This document shows positions 41,376 to 50,183 of a DNA stretch of 53,646 bases, piece after piece. Numbering within the stretch: position 1 is the stretch's first letter; each line of letters starts with the position of its first letter. Under the pieces are notes generated by a model that ran no database searches, was not told where the DNA came from, and saw nothing but the letters and a program-made list of their open reading frames with translations. The position numbers were made by a program, and so were the translations under genes. The stretch comes from Candidatus Falkowbacteria bacterium (GTDB lineage: Bacteria; Patescibacteriota; Patescibacteriia; Patescibacteriales; UBA12465), in assembly GCA_009885285.1 (NCBI GenBank), contig VFKX01000093.1, positions 1 to 53,646 on the forward strand, read 5' to 3'.

Positions 41376-42704
41376 TTATTGTAAAATAATCTTATAGACT
41401 CCAGACTCCTGTCCCTGCCGTGCCCAGAAATAGAGGATATTTTCTTTCTTGTCTAAAACTGTGCCAGAAATTTTGTCAGTCGCATATACCTTAGTAGCCG
41501 TATTCATTTTCATATCAAGAGCATTTAGGCTATTGGCGGTTGAGAAAATCAAATAATTATTGTCGCCGTTCCAGATTATTTTTGTAATCTCTTCACCGAC
41601 GCGGGTTAACAAATCAGAGCGGCCAGCATTGAGGCTGAAACGAAAGATTTCCCATTTATTATGGTAGAGCAGAGCTTCATCGTCAAGCCATTGCCAGCTG
41701 ACGGCATTCTTGATCGTCTGGCTGCCGCTATGGAGGTTGTTAGGGTTTAATAAATACAGGGTCTGGTTCTGCAAGTCGTAAAGGACTAGTGATTGTGCGC
41801 TATCGGAACGGAATTCGTATTGGCCAACTGCTGGAAGATTTAACTCATCGACAATCTTCATGGCTGTTAATGAATATTTTTTGACAGAAGTCCGGCCGTT
41901 ATTGGTCGAGACGTAAAACAGGTCATTACCTCGCGGCTCATAAGTTTCAAATGTTTCGCCGCTGACAGCGGAAACACTAGTTTTGCTCGATAACTTTAAA
42001 TAGCTGATAGCATTCTTGTTCTGGTAGTAGAGGCGATTTTCACTTTCATCATAGAACCAATTATCAGTACCTGCGCCGATTAATTTTTCATAGTCAAGAT
42101 CATCTGCCGCGTCAGCGCCGTAAATATTGCCGGCTGATAATAGTTTATCGCTATTGTTTAGCCAGGCTGCTTTGTCGCTGTCAGTCGGGATGATCCGAGT
42201 GGTATTATTTTTTAGGGTAATCATGGCTTTAGTTGCCGGAATATAGAGATGTTTTCGGCTCGCACTCAATTGCGGTTCTGTTTCCGAACTGGCTAAAAGA
42301 AGCATCGGGGTGTCATTCTTGAAGAGGTTAATATCTTCGACGAAGCTGGTTTGGCCGGAATAGACATTTATTTTTTTTTGAAATGGCCAATAGCCTTCGC
42401 GCTCGAGGCGCAAGGTATATTCTCCCGGCAGGACATTTTTTACTTTGGCGGCTGTAGTTAAGTACTCGGTCTTAAAAGGGTTGAGTGAGAGGTTTGATTG
42501 CGGGACATCGTTTAAGAAAACGACGGCGCCGCTCGGCACAGAGTCAACGGCAATCATGCCAGTTTTAATAAGCAGGCGGTTTAGCTTCGGCGGCCAGCTC
42601 AGGTTAAATTTATATCCGGAGGCATAGAGGGAAATCAGGATAGTACCCGTGACAAAAAAGAATATGAAAAAATAAAAGATGTAATCCCTGGTTTTTTTGG
42701 TCAT
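41376..42704 (-). CDS. PEGA-domain membrane-anchored protein with beta-propeller-like C-terminus
   Basis: YASGY...KTGMIAVDSVPSGAVVFLN...LPGEYTLRLEREGYWPFQKKI. Confidence 0.8.
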   Translation of the reverse strand: MTKKTRDYIFYFFIFFFVTGTILISLYASGYKFNLSWPPKLNRLLIKTGMIAVDSVPSGAVVFLNDVPQSNLSLNPFKTEYLTTAAKVKNVLPGEYTLRLEREGYWPFQKKINVYSGQTSFVEDINLFKNDTPMLLLASSETEPQLSASRKHLYIPATKAMITLKNNTTRIIPTDSDKAAWLNNSDKLLSAGNIYGADAADDLDYEKLIGAGTDNWFYDESENRLYYQNKNAISYLKLSSKTSVSAVSGETFETYEPRGNDLFYVSTNNGRTSVKKYSLTAMKIVDELNLPAVGQYEFRSDSAQSLVLYDLQNQTLYLLNPNNLHSGSQTIKNAVSWQWLDDEALLYHNKWEIFRFSLNAGRSDLLTRVGEEITKIIWNGDNNYLIFSTANSLNALDMKMNTATKVYATDKISGTVLDKKENILYFWARQGQESGVYKIILQ

Positions 42705-42712
42705 ATATTAGT

Positions 42713-43987
42713 TTATTCAACACGTTTGATATCGGCGCCTAATTGTCTTAAGCGTTCGTCGAGTTTTTCATAACCGCGGTCGATTTGATAGATGTTATCG
42801 ATTTCGGTTGTGCCCTCGGCGATAAGAGCGGCAATGACGAGAGCAATACCGGCTCGGATATCGGGGCTGATTAAGCGCTTACCGGCTAAACAAGTTGGGC
42901 CGGTAACAACGACGCGGTGCGGATCGCACATGATAATACTACCGCCCATCTGACAAAGCATGTCTGTCCAAATCAAGCGACGGTCATAAATAGTTTCTTG
43001 AATCAGGGAGGTGCCATGTGCCTGGGTCATTAAGACGACATAAGGAGACTGGAGGTCTGTCGAGAAGCCCGGGTATTCATGAGTCTTTAAGTCATAGGCT
43101 CGAATATTCGCTGATTTTTTCATGGCAATCCAATCGCTGCCTTTTTCATAGTTGACGCCGATTTTATCAAAGATAGCGAGCAGACTCAGGAGGTGTTCCG
43201 GATTGCAATGAGTAATTTTAATTTCAGAATTAGTGGCCGCAGCCATTAAGGCAAAAGACCCCGCTTCAATGCGGTCAGGAATAATATGACAATCGCCAGC
43301 GTTCAGTTTTTTTACACCTTCAATGACAACGGTCGGAGTGCCGGCTCCGACGATCTTAGCGCCCTGAGAGTTTAAATAGTTAGCCAAGGCTTCTACTTCC
43401 GGCTCCATGGCGCAATTTCTTAAAACTGTTCGGCCTTTAGCTAAACAGGCGGTCATAATCAAGCTCTGAGTGCCGGTCACAGTGGCTGTGGTAAAGAAAA
43501 AGTCACAGCCGGTTAATTGCTTGGCCTTGATTTCATAAAAATTGTCTTTGATTTCCACTTTAGCACCGAGAGCAGTAAAGCCTTCTAAAAAGAGGTCGAT
43601 TGGCCGTCCAGCGGCCCCAATAACACAGCCTCCTGGGTGCGGAAAGCGGACTTGGCCGAAACGGGCCAGCAGGGGGCCGACAAACATGACTGAAGTCCGG
43701 AATTTATCGGCAATCTTCTTATCAAGCTCAGTTTTGGCGATATTTTCGCAATTAATTTTGATATCTGCCCCGTTATCCTCAATTTTTGCCCCTAAATCGG
43801 CTAATAATTCCAAGGATTTTTCAACCCCATCAATTCTGGGCACATTATGGAGGCTAATGGTGCCTGCCGATAATAGGGCGACAGGCAGCATAATCTGGGC
43901 ATTATTCTTGGCTCCACCAGTGATAATCTCGCCTTTTAGCTCATTCTGACCGTTAATAATGAATTTTGGCATATTTGTAAAGCGCAT
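42713..43987 (-). CDS. murA: UDP-N-acetylglucosamine 1-carboxyvinyltransferase (start may be ATG 43972)
   Basis: GAKNN, PGGCVIG..RPID (active-site Cys), PDRIEAG, YPGFSTDLQ, DIRAG, IDRGYE. Confidence 0.96.
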   Translation of the reverse strand: MRFTNMPKFIINGQNELKGEIITGGAKNNAQIMLPVALLSAGTISLHNVPRIDGVEKSLELLADLGAKIEDNGADIKINCENIAKTELDKKIADKFRTSVMFVGPLLARFGQVRFPHPGGCVIGAAGRPIDLFLEGFTALGAKVEIKDNFYEIKAKQLTGCDFFFTTATVTGTQSLIMTACLAKGRTVLRNCAMEPEVEALANYLNSQGAKIVGAGTPTVVIEGVKKLNAGDCHIIPDRIEAGSFALMAAATNSEIKITHCNPEHLLSLLAIFDKIGVNYEKGSDWIAMKKSANIRAYDLKTHEYPGFSTDLQSPYVVLMTQAHGTSLIQETIYDRRLIWTDMLCQMGGSIIMCDPHRVVVTGPTCLAGKRLISPDIRAGIALVIAALIAEGTTEIDNIYQIDRGYEKLDERLRQLGADIKRVE

Positions 43988-44022
43988 TTATAAGTTATTC
44001 TAGCTTCACTATAACCCATTTG

Positions 44023-44050
44023 TTGACATTTTTCAAATATTTGTTATCAT
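44023..44050 (+). promoter_or_regulatory. rplU promoter, overlapping the divergent murA promoter
   Basis: TTGACA-16 nt-TATCAT with TGn; the opposite strand has TTGAAA-17 nt-TATAGT. Confidence 0.65.
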
Positions 44051-44100
44051 TATGTTAGTTCAGAGATACATCTGATTTTTTATTAAAAAAATTCGCTAAT

Positions 44101-44409
44101 ATGTCAAAAATTGCAGTAATTAAAACCGGAGGCAAACAGTATAAAGTCCAAGTTGGGGACACTATTAAAGTTGAGAAACTGGAAGCCGAAAACGGTACTA
44201 AAGTTAAGTTCGACACCCTTCTGATCGTTGATGGTGAGAAATTAGAAGTGGGTGAACCGAGCCTGGGTGAAAAAGTTGAAGCTGAAGTTATTGAAACTGC
44301 AAAAGGTAAAAAAGTTACCGTTGTTAAATATAAGAACAAGACCAGATACAAGAAAACTGTCGGCCATCGTCAGCAGTTTACTGCCGTTAAGGTTGTGAGC
44401 ATTGCTTAG
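44101..44409 (+). CDS. rplU: 50S ribosomal protein L21
   Basis: AVIKTGGKQYKV, KKVTVVKYK, GHRQ. Confidence 0.98.
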   Translation: MSKIAVIKTGGKQYKVQVGDTIKVEKLEAENGTKVKFDTLLIVDGEKLEVGEPSLGEKVEAEVIETAKGKKVTVVKYKNKTRYKKTVGHRQQFTAVKVVSIA

Positions 44410-44432
44410 TGCCAATCAAACTTCTATAAATT

Positions 44433-44463
44433 AAAAACCGTTCTTTATTGGAACGGTTTTTTT
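44433..44463. terminator. Bidirectional terminator
   Basis: AAAAACCGTTC-TTTATTG-GAACGGTTTTTTT. Confidence 0.8.
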
Positions 44464-44789
44464 GTTGATCTAAAAGTTTTTCTGAGTTTAGCTAGGCTCT
44501 GCTGGCGCCGCGCTACTCTCTTTATCCTTCGTTCTTGCTGCTTAACCTTCAACCTCTTCAAGATTTTTATCAATAATAATTTTCTCTTGCGAGGAAATAT
44601 TTTGACTAAAATCTTCAGTCGTGAGGGCAGGCGCTTAATGTTTTGCCAGTTCATTTTTAATGTCCTGGCAAAGCTGATAATAAATATAACCTTGATAGCC
44701 ATCTTTCGGTTGAATAGGCCGATGAAGGCCATAATACCAAATGCTATTAAGGCTACAACAATCAGAGCTATTACTGACATGGTTACCAT
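44445..44789 (-). CDS. Highly basic membrane-anchored hypothetical protein
   Basis: N-terminal TM, K/R-rich body; AAGGAG a few nt upstream of ATG. Confidence 0.55.
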   Translation of the reverse strand: MVTMSVIALIVVALIAFGIMAFIGLFNRKMAIKVIFIISFARTLKMNWQNIKRLPSRLKILVKIFPRKRKLLLIKILKRLKVKQQERRIKRVARRQQSLAKLRKTFRSTKKPFQ

Positions 44790-44803
44790 TTCTACTCCTT
44801 TCT

Positions 44804-45403
44804 TTATTTAGTCATTTCACTTCTATATTTTAAGGCATTGGCCAGCGTTAATTCATCGGCGTATTCCAGGTCGGAACCGGCCGGCAAGCCTTTAGCCAAG
44901 CGGGTAATTTTGAGGCGGTCTTTAAGAATCTTAGTTAGATAGAGAGAAGTAGTTTCGCCCTCGAGAGTAAAATTTAAAGCCAGAATAATTTCCTTGACCT
45001 CGCCAGTCTTAATTGTTCTTAAGAGTTTTTCTATGTTGAGGTCGTCGGGGCCGACGCCGCTAATAGTATTGATTAATCCGCCGAGAATATAATAACGGCC
45101 GTCGTATTGCCGAGTTGATTCAATGGCGTTTAAGTCCTGGATATTTTCCACTACACAAAGGACGTCACGACGCCGGGCCGGATCAGAGCAAATCGGACAG
45201 GGATTCTGTTCGCAGATGCTGAGGCAGTTATGACAGATGATAATTTTTTCTTGAAGTTCGGAAATCGCTTGGCCGAAACTTTTTAGCCTGTCCGGAGACT
45301 GCCGCAATAAATAAAAAGCATACCGCTCAGCGGTTTTTGGTCCGACGCTGGGCAGGTTGGATAATTTATCTATTAAAGTTTGGAGAGCGGTCGGATATTT
45401 CAT
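44804..45403 (-). CDS. recR: Recombination mediator RecR
   Basis: LPSVGPKTAER, C4 zinc finger, TOPRIM CVVE..D, EGETT, GSDLEYADELTL. Confidence 0.97.
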   Translation of the reverse strand: MKYPTALQTLIDKLSNLPSVGPKTAERYAFYLLRQSPDRLKSFGQAISELQEKIIICHNCLSICEQNPCPICSDPARRRDVLCVVENIQDLNAIESTRQYDGRYYILGGLINTISGVGPDDLNIEKLLRTIKTGEVKEIILALNFTLEGETTSLYLTKILKDRLKITRLAKGLPAGSDLEYADELTLANALKYRSEMTK

Positions 45404-45421
45404 TGATTTACTATCGGGATA

Positions 45422-45697
45422 TTAGCTTAAGCCGGGAATACCGCCCATCTCCTGAAGTTTTTTAGCCATTAATTTTTGAGCGCTTTTTAGGGCTCCAGTG
45501 AAGCATTCTTTTAAGGCTTCTTCTTGTGCAGCTTTATTTAATTCGCCGTTAAGTTTGATTTCCAATACTTCCATATTACCGTTGAGGACGATTTTAACGC
45601 CGTTCTTTTCTTCGGTAACCGATTCTTGCGCTAAGGCAGTCTGCATGACTTTAGCCTGACTGCGTAAATCCTTAAATTGTTTTAATTTGCTGAACAT
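45422..45697 (-). CDS. ybaB: YbaB/EbfC nucleoid-associated protein
   Basis: QAKVMQ..L....V...GVKIVLNG pattern; adjacent to recR. Confidence 0.85.
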   Translation of the reverse strand: MFSKLKQFKDLRSQAKVMQTALAQESVTEEKNGVKIVLNGNMEVLEIKLNGELNKAAQEEALKECFTGALKSAQKLMAKKLQEMGGIPGLS

Positions 45698-45739
45698 ATT
45701 TTTTAATTATTTTTTAAAATATTTATTAATTAATAAGGG

Positions 45740-47134
45740 TTAGAATTCTATCGGCGGGGAATCGTTTGGCATCTTGGCGAGATTCTTAAAGTTAGCGGTA
45801 TTTTCGTCAAAGAATAAGCTGATCATGCCGGTTGGTCCGTTACGATGCTTGGCGATGTGGATTTCCGCCTTATAGCGTTCGTCTTGCGGCAAGTCATTCG
45901 GATTATAGCCGCGATCAGCAGCTTTACGGTAAATGAACATGACGACGTCGGCGTCCTGTTCGATGGAACCGGAGTCGCGCAAATGGGAAAGTTTCGGAAT
46001 GGCCGGGTGGGTTAGTTCGACGGCGCGGGAGAGCTGAGCCAGAGCGAGAATCGGGATGTTGAGTTCGCGGGCGATAGATTTCAGACCGCGGCTGATTTCG
46101 GCGATTTCTTGAACGCGATTATCGCCGTATTTGCCTCGTCCTTCCATTAACTGCAAGTAGTCGATAACAATCAAGCCTAAGCCTTTTTCCATCTGTAAGC
46201 GGCGGCATTTAGCCCTAATTTCCATGATTGATAAAGTGCCTGAGTCGTCGATATAGATAGGCGCTTCAGCGAGCTTGCCCATGCCGTCATTTAACTTCAT
46301 GAAGTCTTCGTCGCTCAGGTTACCGGTTCTCATTTTCCATAAGCTGATATTGGACTGAGCGCAGAGCATACGATCAACTAATTGTTCCTTGCTCATTTCC
46401 AAAGAGAAGATACCGACGCCCTCTTTGCTTTTAATCGCAGCTTGGCGGGCGATATCGAGAGCAAAGGAAGTTTTACCAACGGAAGGGCGGGCAGCTAAAA
46501 TAACTAGATCAGATTTCTGTAAGCCGGCTAAAAGATTGTCTAATTCACCAAAACCGGTGGACAGTCCGCGGAGCTTGCCGCCACCGCCATACTTATGCAG
46601 GTCATCGATGCGGTCAAAAGCTGAGCTCAGCAAGTTATCGATCGGGACGAAAGCGTTCTTTAAGTATTTACGGGAAACTCCGAAGACCTTCTTTTCAGTT
46701 TCATCAAGAATCTCATCGATCTCTCGTTCTTCATTAAAGCTCATGGAGGAAATCTCGGCCGCTGCTTGTTGTAAGCGGCGGAGAGTCGCCTTTTTTTGAA
46801 TAATGGAAGAATAATGGACGATATTGCCGGATGTAGCGACGGTGTTGGATAGTTGTGCAAGATAGGCCCGGCCGCCAATGACCGCCATTTTTTTCTTATC
46901 TTCCAGGCGGTTGGACAGGGTGATAATATCGATCGGCTCCTGGTTCGCATATAATTCCTTAATGGAATCATAGATGATTCTATGAGCGTCCTTATAGAAA
47001 TCCTGGCTCATGATTGTGTCCGCGACTTTAATGATGGCGTCCTTATCAATCAAAAGGGAACCGAGTAATGATTCCTCGGCTTCTAAGCTGTGCGGCGGTA
47101 CTTTAGCGATGATATTGTCGTCGTTGCTAGTCAT
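45740..47134 (-). CDS. dnaB: Replicative DNA helicase
   Basis: PPHSLEAEESLLG, AARPSVGKT, FSLEMS, IDYLQLM, QLSR, LRDSGSIEQDADVV, KHRNGPTG. Confidence 0.98.
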   Translation of the reverse strand: MTSNDDNIIAKVPPHSLEAEESLLGSLLIDKDAIIKVADTIMSQDFYKDAHRIIYDSIKELYANQEPIDIITLSNRLEDKKKMAVIGGRAYLAQLSNTVATSGNIVHYSSIIQKKATLRRLQQAAAEISSMSFNEEREIDEILDETEKKVFGVSRKYLKNAFVPIDNLLSSAFDRIDDLHKYGGGGKLRGLSTGFGELDNLLAGLQKSDLVILAARPSVGKTSFALDIARQAAIKSKEGVGIFSLEMSKEQLVDRMLCAQSNISLWKMRTGNLSDEDFMKLNDGMGKLAEAPIYIDDSGTLSIMEIRAKCRRLQMEKGLGLIVIDYLQLMEGRGKYGDNRVQEIAEISRGLKSIARELNIPILALAQLSRAVELTHPAIPKLSHLRDSGSIEQDADVVMFIYRKAADRGYNPNDLPQDERYKAEIHIAKHRNGPTGMISLFFDENTANFKNLAKMPNDSPPIEF

Positions 47135-47180
47135 CTTATTTTATGGGTTAGTCCGGTAATTTACGGATTTCAATATCCTT

Positions 47181-47209
47181 ATCTTAGCTCATGCTTACCA
47201 ATTTTTCAA
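47181..47209 (-). promoter_or_regulatory. dnaB promoter
   Basis: TTGAAA-17 nt-TAAGAT on the minus strand. Confidence 0.6.
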
Positions 47210-47215
47210 TCAGTT

Positions 47216-47259
47216 GTTATTAACTGTTTATTAACCATTTATCAACTGTTTATGGGCAG
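47216..47259. repeat. 11-bp-periodic tandem array of DnaA-box-like motifs
   Basis: GTTATTAACTG TTTATTAACCA TTTATCAACTG TTTATGGGCAG. Confidence 0.6.
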
Positions 47260-47283
47260 TTTTATGGTTTGACGACCGGCAGT

Positions 47284-47913
47284 TTAAATGATGATGGTAA
47301 TATCGTAGGAGTATTTTTTTCTGTATTCGTCAATCCAGGTTAATATTGCTTTTAATAATTTAGTGTCAGGATAATTGATAGTGATGGTGCCATATTTTGA
47401 TTTATTTCTATAGGTGCCCTTTTTCCCCTCTTGAAGGAATGATTTGTAAAAGTTGCAGAGTGGTATACCAGTGGTTCTTGTCCAGAACTTAATTAGCTTG
47501 GCTTCGTTATGATCTGGGTAAATATGAATTAGGGCTTTTAATCGACTCTCGTCTACACCGCAGATTACTCGCAAAAAATCCAGAAACAACCTAATCATGG
47601 CCGGGTCGCTATTAGTGAATTTAACAACGTTCATTGTTTTAGCGCCCTCGCCCCAATACAGCATGATTCCGGCAGTCTTTAAATTAGCATCCGTGTCAGT
47701 TATTATGGTCTTTAATTGAAACGGCTTCTTATTCTGCTTGATGGCATACCAGTAGTTAATAGCCTCTGAACGTGACCTTCTGGGCGTACCTGATTTGTCC
47801 AGATGGTATCTAATTGTTGAAACTGACAGCTTTAGCTTCGACGCTATTTGAGCCATCGACATTTTCTTGCTTAAATACATGTCAGGAATTGTTTTTGCGA
47901 TATTTTTGTTCAT
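47284..47913 (-). CDS. HTH plus LAGLIDADG-like protein (tRNA-adjacent type)
   Basis: N-terminal MSMAQIASKLKLSVSTIRYHL HTH; AGIMLYWGEGAK and FTNSDP motifs. Confidence 0.75.
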   Translation of the reverse strand: MNKNIAKTIPDMYLSKKMSMAQIASKLKLSVSTIRYHLDKSGTPRRSRSEAINYWYAIKQNKKPFQLKTIITDTDANLKTAGIMLYWGEGAKTMNVVKFTNSDPAMIRLFLDFLRVICGVDESRLKALIHIYPDHNEAKLIKFWTRTTGIPLCNFYKSFLQEGKKGTYRNKSKYGTITINYPDTKLLKAILTWIDEYRKKYSYDITIII

Positions 47914-47976
47914 ATAGTGCTATTATAGCACAACTATGGTTATGAGATAAATAGATATACTATAGAACAATATATA

Positions 47977-48012
47977 TAAAAAAATCGCCTAGGTAATACC
48001 CAAGCGATTCTT
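47977..48012 (-). terminator. Terminator after tRNA-Thr
   Basis: AATCGC...GCGATT arms with A-run (U-run on the minus strand). Confidence 0.7.
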
Positions 48013-48017
48013 CTGGG

Positions 48018-48090
48018 AGCCGACTGTCGGACTTGAACCGACGACCTGATGCTTACAAGGCAACTGCTCTACCAGCTGAGCTAAGTCGGC
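48018..48090 (-). tRNA. tRNA-Thr(UGU)
   Basis: GCCGACT/AGTCGGC acceptor stem, AGCTCAGCTGGTAGAGC D arm, CT-TGT-AA loop, GTTCAAGTC T loop; CCA not encoded in register. Confidence 0.95.
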
Positions 48091-48205
48091 TTAACTGACT
48101 TCATTAATATAAAAGATTTTAATAATTTTAGCAAGGGGTAATAAAAAAGGAGCCTGGCTGTAATGGATAATATACAAAAAAACAGGTAAAAACCTGTCTT
48201 TTCTG

Positions 48206-48278
48206 TGCGCCCAGCTGGATTCGAACCAGCGACCATCAGCTTAAAAGGCTGTTGCTCTACCAACTGAGCTATAGGCGC
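48206..48278 (-). tRNA. tRNA-Lys(UUU)
   Basis: GCGCCTA/TGGGCGC acceptor stem, CT-TTT-AA loop, GTTCGAATC T loop; no encoded CCA. Confidence 0.95.
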
Positions 48279-48369
48279 TCGTATAATAAAACGGCCATAT
48301 AAATGAGCTAGTTTTATTACAAAGTTGATAATATCAAAAGTTTTCCCATTTGACAAGGGCTATAGAAAT

Positions 48370-48397
48370 AAAAAAGGCCTAATTTATACTAGGCCCT
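48370..48397 (-). terminator. Intrinsic terminator
   Basis: AAAAAAGGCCTA-ATTTATAC-TAGGCC. Confidence 0.75.
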
Positions 48398-48428
48398 TTG
48401 CTTGAAGATTTGCTATTAGTCGCGCTTA

Positions 48429-48749
48429 TTACATGCCGCAAGAATAACTGACTGTTTCATTAGACTTAATGACGACGTTGGCGGTGCTGCAGCCTGTGCC
48501 GTCGTTGCCCACTAATTCCCAGACATATACCCCTGGACAGAGCTTGATGTCCTTCTTTTCGCCAGGTGTAAGCGTTCCTTTGTTTTCGCCGTTGACAATA
48601 ATCTGCTGGGTAACGCTTCTCGTACTAGTGTTGGTCAGGCTAAGCGTTCCTTGAACGCAGGGGTTAATCTTTTCCTTTTCGCAACCATTACTGAAAATGG
48701 TTAAGGCAATGATAGTTGTTAATACGAGTAAAATCTTAAATTTATTCAT
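48429..48749 (-). CDS. Putative lipoprotein, paralog of 50411-50740
   Basis: Basic N-terminus, hydrophobic core, FSNG-C-EKE lipobox; small Cys-containing beta-rich domain. Confidence 0.75.
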   Translation of the reverse strand: MNKFKILLVLTTIIALTIFSNGCEKEKINPCVQGTLSLTNTSTRSVTQQIIVNGENKGTLTPGEKKDIKLCPGVYVWELVGNDGTGCSTANVVIKSNETVSYSCGM

Positions 48750-48803
48750 GATTACGACTTTTTAAGTGATACTATTAATTGTTAATTTGCTTGAAGACAT
48801 TAT

Positions 48804-50183
48804 TTATTCGTATCGGGCCAGACTGCCATTAAGGCTCTGTCCAGTTTGCAATTTATCCTTTCTGATAACTGTTTGTCGAACAAATACCCTCTTGATGATA
48901 TCGCCATTTTCGTCCCGCAGGTGGCGGAAGTGGCCGCGCCGCAGATGGGGAGGCATCTCCCGGCCAGTATTTATTTTTATCTTTTGCCCTTTACTTCTTT
49001 TTTTCGGGGCAGTGATATAGGTAATACTGCTGCTTAAAACCTCAAACCACTTTGGTTTCTCGGTTATTAGCGCATCCTGAGTGATAGCGCTTGGTTCCAT
49101 ATAACTGTCGGCTATTTCGGTTTGTTCGGTCAGCTCACCTAAATCGGAGCAGTCATAGAGTTTGATGTTCTGAGGCGGTTCATAGTCGGCAAATAGTTTC
49201 CCGATACCGTTTAAAAGAAAGGGGAGAGCGTTCCAGGTCCAATCTTCTCTAATTAGGCGGAAGACAGCTTCACTGGAATCAGCTTCTTGGTAGACCAAAC
49301 CTCTCAGGGTTTCTATGAGATCGATGGAACCTAAGGAATAATTTTGGTCATAGACCAATAATTTTCCGGTCGACATATCAAGCTTCATTAGACTGAATTC
49401 AGAGACTAGATTGTTATAGCACTGATTTGATACAAATAGTTTGTTGAGTGCTCTTAAAGCTTTAGCGCTATTTGTTTTCTTAGACAGGCCATAAATTTCT
49501 TTAACGGCATCATGCTGGGCTTCGTTTAGGAGGACATCTTTGACATCTCCGGGAATGGAAAACATTGTTAAGATATTTTCTTCTCTGCAGATTACGTGAG
49601 TGCTGTAGTAACCGAAATGAACTGCTTCTTGACGGTTATCGTCGACATAAGTTTTTTTCAGCGGTTTATCCAACGTCAGGATAAAATTATCGTATGGCAG
49701 ATAAGCTAAGTAATTTTCCTTCCCAGGGTCGGCTAACGGAATATTTTCCGGGTGAGATATTTCACATATTTTTTTTCCTTTTAGCCACTTTTCCAGATAA
49801 ACGGGAATCAAGAATCTTCCAACGCTAGATATATCTTGATAAATTGACTCAATAAAATCTAGTTTAGTCGAAAACTTATCCCGCCAGCTTTTAGGAATGC
49901 GCGGCAGAAATTGCTCAGGATTAAAACTTTGCTGTGTGTCGAGAAAGCTGCGTAGGCGCTTATATCCTTCAATTCCTCGTCCCAGGGTAAATATGCCGGT
50001 GAGTTCTGAGCCGGTCAGTGTGCCGTGATTTATTCTATTTTCCTCATTGTTCAGACTCGCATGGTTTGGCAAAATTTTCTGACAGATATAGAATTTTAAA
50101 TCTCCTAAGAAATTAAATTCTTCCCAATATTGCAGGCATTGCTGTAATTGGATAAGTGATAGCAATTCATCAATTCTTTTCAT
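48804..50183 (-). CDS. Hypothetical protein with C-terminal PHLRRGHFR motif
   Basis: 459-aa ORF with its own promoter (TTGACT-18 nt-TATATT); HxRRGHxR motif. Confidence 0.75.
   Translation of the reverse strand: MKRIDELLSLIQLQQCLQYWEEFNFLGDLKFYICQKILPNHASLNNEENRINHGTLTGSELTGIFTLGRGIEGYKRLRSFLDTQQSFNPEQFLPRIPKSWRDKFSTKLDFIESIYQDISSVGRFLIPVYLEKWLKGKKICEISHPENIPLADPGKENYLAYLPYDNFILTLDKPLKKTYVDDNRQEAVHFGYYSTHVICREENILTMFSIPGDVKDVLLNEAQHDAVKEIYGLSKKTNSAKALRALNKLFVSNQCYNNLVSEFSLMKLDMSTGKLLVYDQNYSLGSIDLIETLRGLVYQEADSSEAVFRLIREDWTWNALPFLLNGIGKLFADYEPPQNIKLYDCSDLGELTEQTEIADSYMEPSAITQDALITEKPKWFEVLSSSITYITAPKKRSKGQKIKINTGREMPPHLRRGHFRHLRDENGDIIKRVFVRQTVIRKDKLQTGQSLNGSLARYE

Noticed and set aside
44051-44100. 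Ribosomal L21 leader RNA
   Set aside because: Only a short CAGA/TCTG hairpin in about 45 nt; too little to match the known family by eye.
45740-47134. Intein in DnaB linked to the neighbouring LAGLIDADG-like gene
   Set aside because: DnaB is normal length with contiguous motifs; the LAGLIDADG-like ORF is separate and has its own stop.
47916-47931. Second CIRCE
   Set aside because: The half-sites are everted (GTGCTA...TAGCAC) with a 3-nt spacer, which is not HrcA geometry.
48081-48356. 91-aa minus-strand ORF
   Set aside because: It runs through tRNA-Lys; the PIAQLVEQ...GSNP text is translated tRNA.
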